DNA from: an uncultured bacterium | GTDB taxonomy: Bacteria > Chlamydiota > Chlamydiia > Chlamydiales > SM23-39 | Assembly (NCBI GenBank): GCA_964644465.1 | Contig: CAZXVU010000003.1 | Span: 1 to 49,138 of the forward strand | Direction: 5' to 3' | Length of the DNA: 49,138 nt | Shown: one piece after another, positions 25,715 through 34,523 of the stretch | Layout of the letters: each line of letters begins with the position of its first letter | Numbering within the stretch: the first letter of the stretch is position 1 | Program-made: the position numbers and the translations under genes | The notes under the pieces: generated by a model | What the model was told of the DNA's origin: nothing | The model's database searches: none | Seen by the model: only the letters and a program-made list of their open reading frames with translations

Positions 25715-26487
25715 TGGAACTTCGAGAGTGGGCTATCCGGATTCTGTCGGCAGACACTCTCGAAGAAAAACTGCTCTCTCCCGAACATCTCACTGACGAA
25801 GATCCAGGCGCTCCGCTCATTTTCAACGAACCAGTCCGTCCCCTTTCGATGGGTTTTAATAAACGGACGAAAGAACAAAAACTCCCTCCGTTTCAAAATC
25901 ATGGAAAAGAAGAAAACCGGGCTATTTGTCTTCACCGATTTGCAGGCCATGAACTTTTAGCCGTCGAAATCATGGCGCACGCACTGACCGCATTTCCAGA
26001 AGCGCCGAAAGCTTTTCGAAAAGGCGTTGCCCACACTCTGAAAGAAGAGCAAGGCCATGTCCGTCTCTACATCAATCGGCTGAATGAAATGGGCGTTAAT
26101 TTTGGCGATTTGCCCTTATTCCGCCATTTCTGGAACCATGTCCCTTATCTCACTACTCCCACACGCTACATCAGCGTCATGAGTCTAACATTCGAGATGG
26201 CCAACCTCGATTTCGCTCCCCTTTATGGAAAATCTTTTGCGCATTTCGGAGATGAAAAAAGCGCGGCTCTAATGGCCCAAATCCTGAAAGATGAAATCAA
26301 TCATGTTTCTTTCGGATGGCGCTGGCTCAATCGCTTAAATGGAGATAGCGATCCCTGGGATACATGGACCGCGAACCTGTCGCCTAAACTGGATCCTAAA
26401 CGAGCGAAAGGCTTTGTCCTTCTCGAAGAAAACCGCCGTCAAGCGGGTATCCCCGAAACCTGGATCCAAAAACTCAAAAACTTCTAA
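25714..26487 (+). CDS. Ferritin-like di-iron four-helix-bundle protein (DUF455-like)
   Basis: GHELLAVEIMAH, KEEQGHVRLY (ExxH), FEMANLDF, KDEINHVSFGWRWL (ExxH). The GTG start overlaps the upstream TAG by 1 nt. Confidence 0.55.
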   Translation: MELREWAIRILSADTLEEKLLSPEHLTDEDPGAPLIFNEPVRPLSMGFNKRTKEQKLPPFQNHGKEENRAICLHRFAGHELLAVEIMAHALTAFPEAPKAFRKGVAHTLKEEQGHVRLYINRLNEMGVNFGDLPLFRHFWNHVPYLTTPTRYISVMSLTFEMANLDFAPLYGKSFAHFGDEKSAALMAQILKDEINHVSFGWRWLNRLNGDSDPWDTWTANLSPKLDPKRAKGFVLLEENRRQAGIPETWIQKLKNF

Positions 26488-27719
26488 TTCGATTCGATTG
26501 TTCTGGCCAGCGTATCGATCTTTTCAGGTTCGGGAAGTTCTTTTAAGAACGAACCCGATTCCTTCAATTTCCGCGCGCTCACTAGAACACGGGATTCTAA
26601 AGAAGCTACGGAAGAATTATAAGCTTCAGTCGCTGTATTGAGATTTTTTCCCACTTTGTTCCAATGTTCGCAGACGACGCAGAGGCGCTCGTAAAGCTCC
26701 CCTCCAAGACGTGCAATCTCTCGCGCGCTTTTAGATAAGCTCTCCTGCTTCCAACCATGCGCCACAGCGCGCAAGATAGCGATGAGTGTAGTAGGCGTTG
26801 CGACGATAATATTTTGATCGGCGCCAATTTCTATGATCGTGGGGTCCGCTTGTAGCGCAGCGCTAAAAAATGCTTCAGCGGGAAGAAATAAGATAACATA
26901 TTCAGGAGCTGGATCGAATTGCTTCCAATATTCTTTGTTGGACAGGTCTCTGATATGCTTCCGCAAACTGGCTGCGTGATCCTGCAGCTTTCTCTTGCGC
27001 AGCAGATCATCTCCTGCATCGGATGCGTCTAGATAGGCATCTAATGGCGTCTTTGCATCGACGGCAATCTGTCTTTGACCTGGCAGCCGGACGACGAGAT
27101 CGGGGCGCAAGATTTTTCCTTCATTCTCGAACCGTTTCTGTTCGTAGAAATCGCAATGGTTGAGCAACCCTGCAAGCTCTACGACTCTTCGGAGATGAAC
27201 CTCTCCCCAAGATCCCCGCATTTGTGGGGAACGGAGCGCCTGCACCAAATGCGCTGTTTCCTGACGGAGGGAATTTTCGGAGGCAACCATCCCTTCGATT
27301 TGCTTGGAGAGGGCTGCATAGGCTCCTTCACGCCGCTTTTCCAGATCGCGATGATGTTCATCTAATTGTTTCATCGCCTCTTTGAAAGGCTGGATGGAAG
27401 CATCGATCGCCTTCTGCCGATTCTCGAGATCAGACTTGGCGCCTTCTTGGTATTTATCGAGGGAAGTTTTAGCCAGATCTAAAAACGTCTTGCCGCTTTG
27501 TTCTAAAACGTCGAATGAAAGAGCTTTGAAAGATTCGTGAAGCTGTTTTTGCGTTGTTTCTACTTTTTTTTGCATCCACATCCAAAGGCCGACAAAGCCT
27601 GCGAGCAAACAGAAAAAAGCAAGAGCCAGCAACGTCATCATAAAAGGGGATCTTATCAAAATCCCTTTTAAAAAATCAGTTATTCTCGAAATCGTCCGGT
27701 TCAGGCTCGAAGTCTTCAA
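26484..27719 (-). CDS. rmuC: DNA recombination protein RmuC
   Basis: N-terminal TM helix, long coiled coil, then LRPDLVVRLPGQRQIAVDAKTPLDAY...EYVILFLPAE...IIVATPTTLIA. The true start is probably the MMTLLALAFF Met at 27641, which removes the 44-nt overlap with pssA. Confidence 0.85.
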   Translation of the reverse strand: MKTSSLNRTISRITDFLKGILIRSPFMMTLLALAFFCLLAGFVGLWMWMQKKVETTQKQLHESFKALSFDVLEQSGKTFLDLAKTSLDKYQEGAKSDLENRQKAIDASIQPFKEAMKQLDEHHRDLEKRREGAYAALSKQIEGMVASENSLRQETAHLVQALRSPQMRGSWGEVHLRRVVELAGLLNHCDFYEQKRFENEGKILRPDLVVRLPGQRQIAVDAKTPLDAYLDASDAGDDLLRKRKLQDHAASLRKHIRDLSNKEYWKQFDPAPEYVILFLPAEAFFSAALQADPTIIEIGADQNIIVATPTTLIAILRAVAHGWKQESLSKSAREIARLGGELYERLCVVCEHWNKVGKNLNTATEAYNSSVASLESRVLVSARKLKESGSFLKELPEPEKIDTLARTIESN

Positions 27720-28518
27720 GGGTTTTTGATTTTTTGCCCGCGATGAGGCGGATGAGAGATAGGATCAACCCTACTATAATATAGCTCCAGGCAGCTAGGG
27801 CTAAGATCAAAGCAAAAAAGTAGAGGATCCCATAAAGGACGAAAATCGCCGAGACTACGGTTAAAAAAGCTAAATGGAAGGAAGGTATTTTAAAATGGAG
27901 CATCTTGAGGCTAGGAAACTTCAAACGGCAAACCATTAAATATCCAACCACAATCATAATGCAAGTAAGCACAATCGCTCGTTCGTTGGTTGAAATGTCG
28001 ACCCATTGATGAAGCAATGGGGAGAGAAGAAAGAGATTCGCGGACACGGCGGCAGCAGCAGCAGCCGGGATGGGCAGACCGGTAAAATGTTTTTTCTGAG
28101 CGGCTTGGAGCTCAGCATTGCCTTTGGCTTCAGTCGCTTTCACATTGAAACGGACCAAGCGGAGAACCCCGCAGACGGAAAAGACCATCGCTCCAGTAGC
28201 GCTGAAAAAAGAAAGGAATGTTCCTTGATCTAAAGAGAGGGTCTTGAGCATTAAAACAGAAGGGGCTACGCCAAAAGTGATGGCATCTGCCAAAGAGTCG
28301 AACACAAATCCAAATTCGCTCTCTGCATGAATGGCCCGGGCTAAAGCTCCATCGAGAAAATCGGCAAAGGCTGCGACCAACAGTAACAGCGTCGAGGTCA
28401 AAACAACCTCGTAATCGCCGGTTCCCGGCTCTAACATGTTGATTTTGAAAATCACAAATAGACCGCAGGCGAGTGCGAAGGCCGTGATAATATTAGGTAC
28501 TAAATAGACTCTCTTCAT
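27676..28518 (-). CDS. pssA: CDP-diacylglycerol--serine O-phosphatidyltransferase
   Basis: Canonical DFLDGALARAIHAESEFGFVFDSLADAI (D-x2-DG-x2-AR-x8-G-x3-D-x3-D); multi-pass membrane protein. Confidence 0.8.
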   Translation of the reverse strand: MKRVYLVPNIITAFALACGLFVIFKINMLEPGTGDYEVVLTSTLLLLVAAFADFLDGALARAIHAESEFGFVFDSLADAITFGVAPSVLMLKTLSLDQGTFLSFFSATGAMVFSVCGVLRLVRFNVKATEAKGNAELQAAQKKHFTGLPIPAAAAAAVSANLFLLSPLLHQWVDISTNERAIVLTCIMIVVGYLMVCRLKFPSLKMLHFKIPSFHLAFLTVVSAIFVLYGILYFFALILALAAWSYIIVGLILSLIRLIAGKKSKTLEDFEPEPDDFENN

Positions 28519-28634
28519 ATCTTAAGCATACCAAAGCCCACTCCCCAGCAAAAGACAAAAATTATCTTGGTCCCTTTATCAATTTTTTAAAGCTCATCCT
28601 ATTCAATTTGAAAGACCAGCGGGGAGGATATTTT

Positions 28635-28705
28635 TTACTGGACGGGAAAGTGTCAACTACAATATATAGTGTGTAGAAGGCTCGAAAGTCTACCAGATCT
28701 GGTAG
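28635..28705 (+). promoter_or_regulatory. Candidate nrdA promoter overlapped by an NrdR-box-like palindrome, plus a second perfect 16-bp palindrome
   Basis: TTACTG (28635-40), 17 nt, TACAAT (28658-63). CTACAATATATAGTGT (28657-28672) matches 14/16 of the NrdR consensus acaCwAtATaTwGtgt. CTACCAGATCTGGTAG (28690-28705) is a perfect palindrome centred 33 bp away. Confidence 0.4.
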
Positions 28706-28786
28706 GGGCAGCCAAAAAAGCAAAAATAAATAAAGCAAATAAAAAACCCTAAAATTGGGTTTTTTTGTGTTTAATTAAGGGCGCAT

Positions 28787-31700
28787 ATGAAAAGGCAAAC
28801 AAACAACGATACTACGACTTCATTTCTTGAAGAAGCTGTTCCCGCTAAATCGGGCGGCGCCAAAAAAAATACCGCGGCGAAAGAAGCTCAATATACCGTT
28901 GTAAAACGCAATGGGACCCTTGTTCCTTTCCGACGCGAGCGTATTTTACGGGCCATTGAAGCTGCTTTCCGCGATACAAAGAAGATCCCTGCTCCTGCGC
29001 CAATAGAATCCGATCTGCAGCAGATGATCAACCAAATGACCGACCTTGTTGTAAAACAAGTTTTGAATTTAGCCTCAAAAGGCGCCTGCCTGACCGTCGA
29101 AGGGATCCAAGATGTGGTCGAAGTGACCTTGATGAAAAACGGCAACCACGACGTAGCCCGCGATTACATCATCTATAGGGACAGCCGGAAAGCCACCCGC
29201 GAAGGATCGGCCCAGAACCTGAAAATCTACCGCCGCGACAAGACGACTCCAGCCCGCTTCAACCCAATGAAGATCGCCTCATCCATTGAAAGAGCCTTCC
29301 GCCGCGCACGGAAAATCGAGGATCAGACGCCTGATGAAGTGATTGCCGCCGTGAACCTGCTGACACAGAAGATCGTAGGAGAAATGTCAGATCTCGCAGC
29401 GAAGGGTGATTTTCTTTACATCGACATGATCGAAGACCGTCTTGAGCGCGAATTGATGAGCGAAAAATATTTCGACGTCGCCAAGAACTATATTCTCTAT
29501 CGCGCAGAGAAAGCAGGCCGCGAAGAGAAGCTTCATTCCATCCCTGTTTCTATCGATGAAAATGCCCCAGTGCGGCAGTTTGAGATCGCCACTTCCGATA
29601 GCGGAAAAATGGTGATGACTGAGATCATGCTGCGCAGCAAGCTTTCCTATGCTTGCCGCGGCCTGGAAAAGCTTGTCTCGGTCAATGAATTGCTCGAGTC
29701 GGCAATCGCTCAGTACTATGTCGGAATGAAAGAAGAGGAAGTAGACCTCGCCAATATTTTTGCTGCGAAGTCAAAGATTGAAAAAGAGCCCGCTTATTCG
29801 CAGGTCGCATCCCGCCTTCTTCTCGATGTACTGTATCGAGAGACCGTAGGCCTTCCCGCATCGGATTCAACCCTCGCGAAAGCGCACCGCCAATACTTCA
29901 AGAAGTATATTAAAGAAGCGATCGCCCTCGAGCGCGCCTCTCCATTGCTGCTCGATTTTGACCTCGATGAACTGGGCGCCGCAATGCATTTAGCGCGGGA
30001 CGATCTCTTCACTTATCTGGGTCTTCAAACGCTTTACGACCGTTATTTCATCCATAGCGAACAGCGCCGCCTTGAAACGCCTCAAATTTTCTGGATGCGC
30101 GTTGCGATGGGCCTCTCTCTGCAAGAAGGCGATCAGAAAAACAAAAGAGCCATCGAGTTCTATAACGTTCTTTCTGAATTCTATTTCACCTCCAGCACTC
30201 CAACCCTCTTTAATTCAGGGACTCTCCATTCGCAATTGAGCTCCTGCTACCTTTCTACTGTGATGGATGACCTCGGCCACATTTTCAAGGTGATTTCCGA
30301 CGATGCGCAGCTCTCTAAATGGGCTGGCGGCCTCGGCAACGACTGGACGAATGTCCGCGCAACAGGCGCCCGCATCAAAGGGACCAATGGAACCTCTCAA
30401 GGCGTTATCCCTTTCCTCAAAGTTGCCAACGACACCGCTGTAGCAGTCAACCAGGGCGGTAAACGTAAAGGAGCCATGTGCTCCTATTTAGAGACTTGGC
30501 ATATGGATATCGAAGATTTCCTCGAGCTCCGGAAAAACACAGGCGACGACCGCCGCCGCACGCACGATATGAATACGGCGAACTGGATCCCCGATCTCTT
30601 CATGAAACGGGTCCGCGATAACGGAACTTGGACTCTATTTTCTCCCAGCGATGTACCCGATTTGCACGATCTATACGGCAGCGCTTTTGAAAAACGGTAT
30701 ACCGAATATGAGAAAAAAGCTGACGAAGGAAAACTCAAGCTCTTCAAAAGAATCGAAGCGCTGCAGCTTTGGCGCAAGATGCTGAGCATGCTCTTTGAAA
30801 CAGGCCATCCGTGGATTACGTTCAAAGATCCTTCGAATATACGCTCGCCGCAAGACCATGTAGGAGTCGTCCACTCCTCCAATCTCTGCACGGAGATCCT
30901 TCTCAATACTTCCGCCGCAGAGACTGCCGTATGCAATCTCGGCTCGGTCAACCTAGCCAAACACGTCACCGATAAGGGCCTTGATGAAAAACGGCTGGCG
31001 ACAACGATCCGAACCGCTGTACGGATGCTCGACAATGTGATCGACATCAATTTTTATCCCATTCCAGAAGCAAAAAATGCGAACCAAAAGCATCGCCCGA
31101 TCGGCCTCGGATTCATGGGATTCCAAGATGCTCTTTACATTCAGAATATCAGCTATGCCAGCCATGAAGCTGTAGCCTTTGCCGACAAGAGCATGGAGAT
31201 GATCTCTTACTATTCCATTTTAGCCTCCACAGAACTGGCTCAAGAAAGAGGGCCTTATTCTACCTATAAAGGGTCGAAATGGGACCGCGGCATCCTCCCG
31301 ATCGATACGCTCGAAATCCTCGATAAAGAGCGCGATGTTAAAATCGACCTCGATCGCTCTGTCAGCATGAATTGGACCCCGGTTCGCAATGCGATGAAAA
31401 AGTATGGCATGCGCAATTCCAATACGATGGCGATTGCTCCCACAGCTACGATCGCCAATGTCACTGGAGTTATTCCTTCGAATGAACCGATCTATAAGCA
31501 TCTGTTCGTCAAGTCGAATCTCTCCGGCGAATTTACGATTGTGAATCCGCATCTTGTCGAAAAGCTCAAATCTCTCGACCTTTGGGATGAGGAGATGATC
31601 GACGACTTGAAGTACTTTGACGGTTCTATTCGGGAGATCGAACGGATACCCGATGAAGTGAAGAACCTATTCCTCAATGCGTTCGAAATCGAGCCAGAGT

Positions 31701-32017
31701 GGATCATCGAATGCGCAGCCCGCAGACAAAAATGGATTGATATGGGACAATCTCTGAACCTTTATCTCGCAGAGCCAAGCGGCAAAAAACTCCATCAGAT
31801 GTACATGCTAGCGTGGGAGAAGGGATTGAAGACGACCTATTATCTCCGGTCTTTGGGAGCCACTCAGATTGAAAAATCGACAGTGGACATCAACAAGCGA
31901 GGCCTCCAGCCGCGCTGGATGAAGAACAAGTCGGCATCGAGCAACATCTCTGTAGATAGAACTGAGGAAGCTCCCAAGGCCTGTCCCCTCGACGGCTCTT
32001 GCGAAAGCTGCCAATAA
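28787..32017 (+). CDS. nrdA: Ribonucleoside-diphosphate reductase alpha subunit with repeated N-terminal ATP-cones
   Basis: ATP-cone repeats VVKRNGTLVPFRRERILRAIEAAF and KIYRRDKTTPARFNPMKIASSIERAF, plus a third degenerate unit. Catalytic core TPTLFNSG, SSCYL, SNLCTEI, GLGFMGF, and a C-terminal CxxC tail (CESCQ). Confidence 0.95.
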   Translation: MKRQTNNDTTTSFLEEAVPAKSGGAKKNTAAKEAQYTVVKRNGTLVPFRRERILRAIEAAFRDTKKIPAPAPIESDLQQMINQMTDLVVKQVLNLASKGACLTVEGIQDVVEVTLMKNGNHDVARDYIIYRDSRKATREGSAQNLKIYRRDKTTPARFNPMKIASSIERAFRRARKIEDQTPDEVIAAVNLLTQKIVGEMSDLAAKGDFLYIDMIEDRLERELMSEKYFDVAKNYILYRAEKAGREEKLHSIPVSIDENAPVRQFEIATSDSGKMVMTEIMLRSKLSYACRGLEKLVSVNELLESAIAQYYVGMKEEEVDLANIFAAKSKIEKEPAYSQVASRLLLDVLYRETVGLPASDSTLAKAHRQYFKKYIKEAIALERASPLLLDFDLDELGAAMHLARDDLFTYLGLQTLYDRYFIHSEQRRLETPQIFWMRVAMGLSLQEGDQKNKRAIEFYNVLSEFYFTSSTPTLFNSGTLHSQLSSCYLSTVMDDLGHIFKVISDDAQLSKWAGGLGNDWTNVRATGARIKGTNGTSQGVIPFLKVANDTAVAVNQGGKRKGAMCSYLETWHMDIEDFLELRKNTGDDRRRTHDMNTANWIPDLFMKRVRDNGTWTLFSPSDVPDLHDLYGSAFEKRYTEYEKKADEGKLKLFKRIEALQLWRKMLSMLFETGHPWITFKDPSNIRSPQDHVGVVHSSNLCTEILLNTSAAETAVCNLGSVNLAKHVTDKGLDEKRLATTIRTAVRMLDNVIDINFYPIPEAKNANQKHRPIGLGFMGFQDALYIQNISYASHEAVAFADKSMEMISYYSILASTELAQERGPYSTYKGSKWDRGILPIDTLEILDKERDVKIDLDRSVSMNWTPVRNAMKKYGMRNSNTMAIAPTATIANVTGVIPSNEPIYKHLFVKSNLSGEFTIVNPHLVEKLKSLDLWDEEMIDDLKYFDGSIREIERIPDEVKNLFLNAFEIEPEWIIECAARRQKWIDMGQSLNLYLAEPSGKKLHQMYMLAWEKGLKTTYYLRSLGATQIEKSTVDINKRGLQPRWMKNKSASSNISVDRTEEAPKACPLDGSCESCQ

Positions 32018-32039
32018 CAGATTAACAAGATTTGCAGGA

Positions 32040-32264
32040 TCGCCGCCAATGGCGGCGACAGGATCCGCCACCCCAAATCGAAACGATTTGGGACCCATTG
32101 GCGGGCAGGATAAAAAAGAAAATCGCCAAACGAAGTTTGGCCACCGAGGCTGAGCGAGGCAAAGAGAAATCTAAGTGAGCTAACCGGGGGCCCCAAAAAC
32201 GAAGATTTTTGGGGAACGGGGCGAACGTTCCGACCGAGGAGCGCCTCTATTTAAGTAAATAGGG
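32040..32264 (+). repeat. Array of six short hairpins filling the nrdA-nrdB spacer
   Basis: Stems at 32040-58, 32072-92 (nested in 32065-70/32099-104), 32125-41, 32191-214, 32213-31 and 32247-62. Three share CCAAA..CGAA..TTTGG. Confidence 0.6.
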
Positions 32265-32317
32265 CCGACGAGGAGGATTGATTTATCGAAGCCGCAGCCA
32301 GCCCAAAAGAGAGAGTT

Positions 32318-33373
32318 ATGGCAAAGACTAAGGATAAAACCGCAACCGCGGGTGTTGAGAAACGAGTGAAGATCGCTGAGAAGCGATTGATAAATTGTTA
32401 CGCTGTTGATGTAAACCAGTTGATGCCGCTGAAGTACAAGTGGGCTTGGGAACATTATCTCAACGGCTGCGCAAACCACTGGATGCCTAACGAAGTTCCG
32501 ATGGGTAAAGACATCGAAACTTGGAAGTCGGATAAACTGAACGAAGACGAAAGAAGAGTCATCATGAGAAATCTGGGATTCTTCTCTACGGCGGAAAGTT
32601 TAGTGGGGAACAACATTGTTCTGGCGATTTTCAGGCATATAACAAACCCAGAGGCCAGACAGTATTTGTTAAGGCAGGGATTTGAAGAAGCGATCCATAC
32701 ACATGCCTTTTTGTATATTGTAGAGTCGCTAACTCTCGATCATGGCGAAGTCTTCAATATGTACAATGAGATCAACACGATCAATCACAAAGATCAGTTC
32801 GAGATGCAGCTGACTCAAGATATTCTCCGTCCTGATTTTACGACAAAAACCCCGGAAGGCGCGCAGAAGTTTTTAGAGAACTTGATCGGCTTCTATATCA
32901 TCATGGAAGGCCTTTTCTTCTATAGCGGCTTCGCGATGATCCTTTCATTCCTGCGTCATAATAAAATGGTGGGGATCGGCGAGCAATTCCAATATATCCT
33001 CCGCGATGAGACGGTCCATCTGAACTTTGGGATCGATTTGATCAATGGAATTAAAGAGGAAAATCCCAACCTATGGTCGCCCGAATTCCAAGCCTACATA
33101 GTGGAGAAGATCCAGCATGCAGTAGAGCTTGAGATCAAATACGCTGAAGATTGCCTGCCGCGCGGCATTTTAGGGCTGACGGCGCCCATGTTCCGCGATT
33201 ACGTCCAATATATCGCAGACCGAAGATTCGAAAGGATCGGTCTTAAAGCGATCTATAAATCGAAGAATCCATTCCCCTGGATGAGCGAGACGATCGACTT
33301 AGGGAAGGAAAAGAACTTCTTCGAAACACGAGTCACTGAATACCAGTCGGCTTCAAACCTGGTCTGGAATTAA
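32318..33373 (+). CDS. nrdB: Ribonucleoside-diphosphate reductase beta subunit, class Ic (R2c)
   Basis: [12 protein letters not shown] (Glu where class Ia has Asp), [14 protein letters not shown] (Phe at the radical-Tyr position), [21 protein letters not shown]. Confidence 0.95.
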   Translation: MAKTKDKTATAGVEKRVKIAEKRLINCYAVDVNQLMPLKYKWAWEHYLNGCANHWMPNEVPMGKDIETWKSDKLNEDERRVIMRNLGFFSTAESLVGNNIVLAIFRHITNPEARQYLLRQGFEEAIHTHAFLYIVESLTLDHGEVFNMYNEINTINHKDQFEMQLTQDILRPDFTTKTPEGAQKFLENLIGFYIIMEGLFFYSGFAMILSFLRHNKMVGIGEQFQYILRDETVHLNFGIDLINGIKEENPNLWSPEFQAYIVEKIQHAVELEIKYAEDCLPRGILGLTAPMFRDYVQYIADRRFERIGLKAIYKSKNPFPWMSETIDLGKEKNFFETRVTEYQSASNLVWN

Positions 33374-33376
33374 GCG

Positions 33377-33399
33377 AAGGTCCCCGCGAGGGGACCCTT
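33377..33399. terminator. GC-rich hairpin between convergent nrdB and a small ORF (probable terminator)
   Basis: GGTCCCC (33379-85) / GCGA / GGGGACC (33390-96), 6 nt after the nrdB stop. Confidence 0.5.
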
Positions 33400-33403
33400 A
33401 TGT

Positions 33404-33595
33404 TTACTTATTCTTGCCGTTTCCTTTACCTTTCCCTTTGTTGCAGCCGCACTCATAGAGCAAAGAAGGATTGTCTGAAGTCTCTCCTTCATTTGTTGCA
33501 ATTGAATCTTCTGATTCAATCAGAACTTCTTGAGTATAAGCAGCAGGAGCTGCAAAACAAGATACAGCTAGAAAAAGAGCACACATTTTACGCAT
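33404..33595 (-). CDS. Small exported peptide (63 aa) with acidic core and CGC plus Lys/Gly tail
   Basis: GGAGG lies 5 nt before ATG 33595. MRKMCALFLAVSCFAAPAA signal, then QEVLIESEDSIATNEGETSDNPSLLYECGCNKGKGKGNGKNK. Confidence 0.5.
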   Translation of the reverse strand: MRKMCALFLAVSCFAAPAAYTQEVLIESEDSIATNEGETSDNPSLLYECGCNKGKGKGNGKNK

Positions 33596-33777
33596 AGATA
33601 CCTCCATTGGGCGTTTTTAGATTTAAGACTAGAAAAAAGATTCTTTTTTAAACAGGAAAATTTTTCCCAGATATAAATTGTTATATTTCATCGCATTAGA
33701 TCCGTTAATTAATGTTATTTATTAATTTGCAAAAAAATTATAAAATTAAGATGAACGATTGTATATAGACGGGACCC

Positions 33778-34080
33778 ATGCCACAGTTTCTTCCAAAAAA
33801 AGAAAGCGCTCCCGATTTCTCCAATCCCGCCGTTCAGCTCGCCTTCATTCAAGATACCCACACAAGCAAGTCTCTTTTGCAAAAAGAGTTAGATGTCAAT
33901 CAGGCAGAACAGGTGCTTCTTCAGAAACGGATGCTCATGATGAAGGAATTCATCAATGATCTGCCAGCAAGCGATCCCCAATACAGCATGTTGATCGCTC
34001 AAGTTCAAATGGATCAGATAGAAATGGATGAGCTAAAAAATCGAGAAATCCTCATCATCCAAAAAATCGAATCCGAATAA
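33778..34080 (+). CDS. Hypothetical small coiled-coil protein (100 aa)
   Basis: Open frame with heptad-like helical sequence (LLQKELDVNQAEQVLLQKRMLMMKEF...); AT-rich upstream region; no motif. Confidence 0.45.
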   Translation: MPQFLPKKESAPDFSNPAVQLAFIQDTHTSKSLLQKELDVNQAEQVLLQKRMLMMKEFINDLPASDPQYSMLIAQVQMDQIEMDELKNREILIIQKIESE

Positions 34081-34115
34081 GGACGTTCTTTCTTTTAATT
34101 CCTTCATTCATTAGT

Positions 34116-34409
34116 TTGTCAGGAATGGACAAAGAACCCATCGAATCAGATAAAACTCTCAATGCCTTTCATGACAAAGGGACGGCTGCTAAGAAAAAGC
34201 TCGCTGAGGAAAGACACGAGCTTGGACTCCTTCTAGCCGCTATGTCCGAAAAGCCTCCCCTCCCAGGAACCAAAGAGCACGAAGCCTTCCTCCACAGACA
34301 ACAAAAAATCCAAACCCTCAAAGAACAGATCTGCAAGAAACACAACGAATTGATGGATATCCTCAAGAATGAGGAAAAAATCAGTCGGGAAATCCAAGAA
34401 AAAGACTAA
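34116..34409 (+). CDS. Hypothetical small coiled-coil protein (about 94-97 aa)
   Basis: Start uncertain (TTG 34116 or ATG 34125). Helical, K/E-rich, similar in size and style to the preceding ORF. Confidence 0.4.
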   Translation: MSGMDKEPIESDKTLNAFHDKGTAAKKKLAEERHELGLLLAAMSEKPPLPGTKEHEAFLHRQQKIQTLKEQICKKHNELMDILKNEEKISREIQEKD

Positions 34410-34523
34410 ATTAGTATTTTCTAAAACCTTCTACTTAAATCAAATCAACTCTTTTTATATTTTTTTCAAACAAGAATAAAGAATTTATTATATAATCAGG
34501 CTAGACACCCGCGAGGAGGTTCC

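Noticed and set aside
30484-31050. 188-aa minus-strand ORF inside nrdA
   Set aside because: It is antisense to the highly conserved RNR catalytic core. Its Ser/Arg-rich composition is typical of shadow frames.
32018-32317. nrdA-nrdB spacer considered as a cobalamin riboswitch, intron/intein remnant or small CDS
   Set aside because: There is no B12-box-like GCCACTG/AGACC core. The nrdA and nrdB reading frames are intact and complete, so this is not an intron or intein. The long minus-strand ORFs crossing it (31808-32479) lack starts with an RBS and look like GC-driven shadows.
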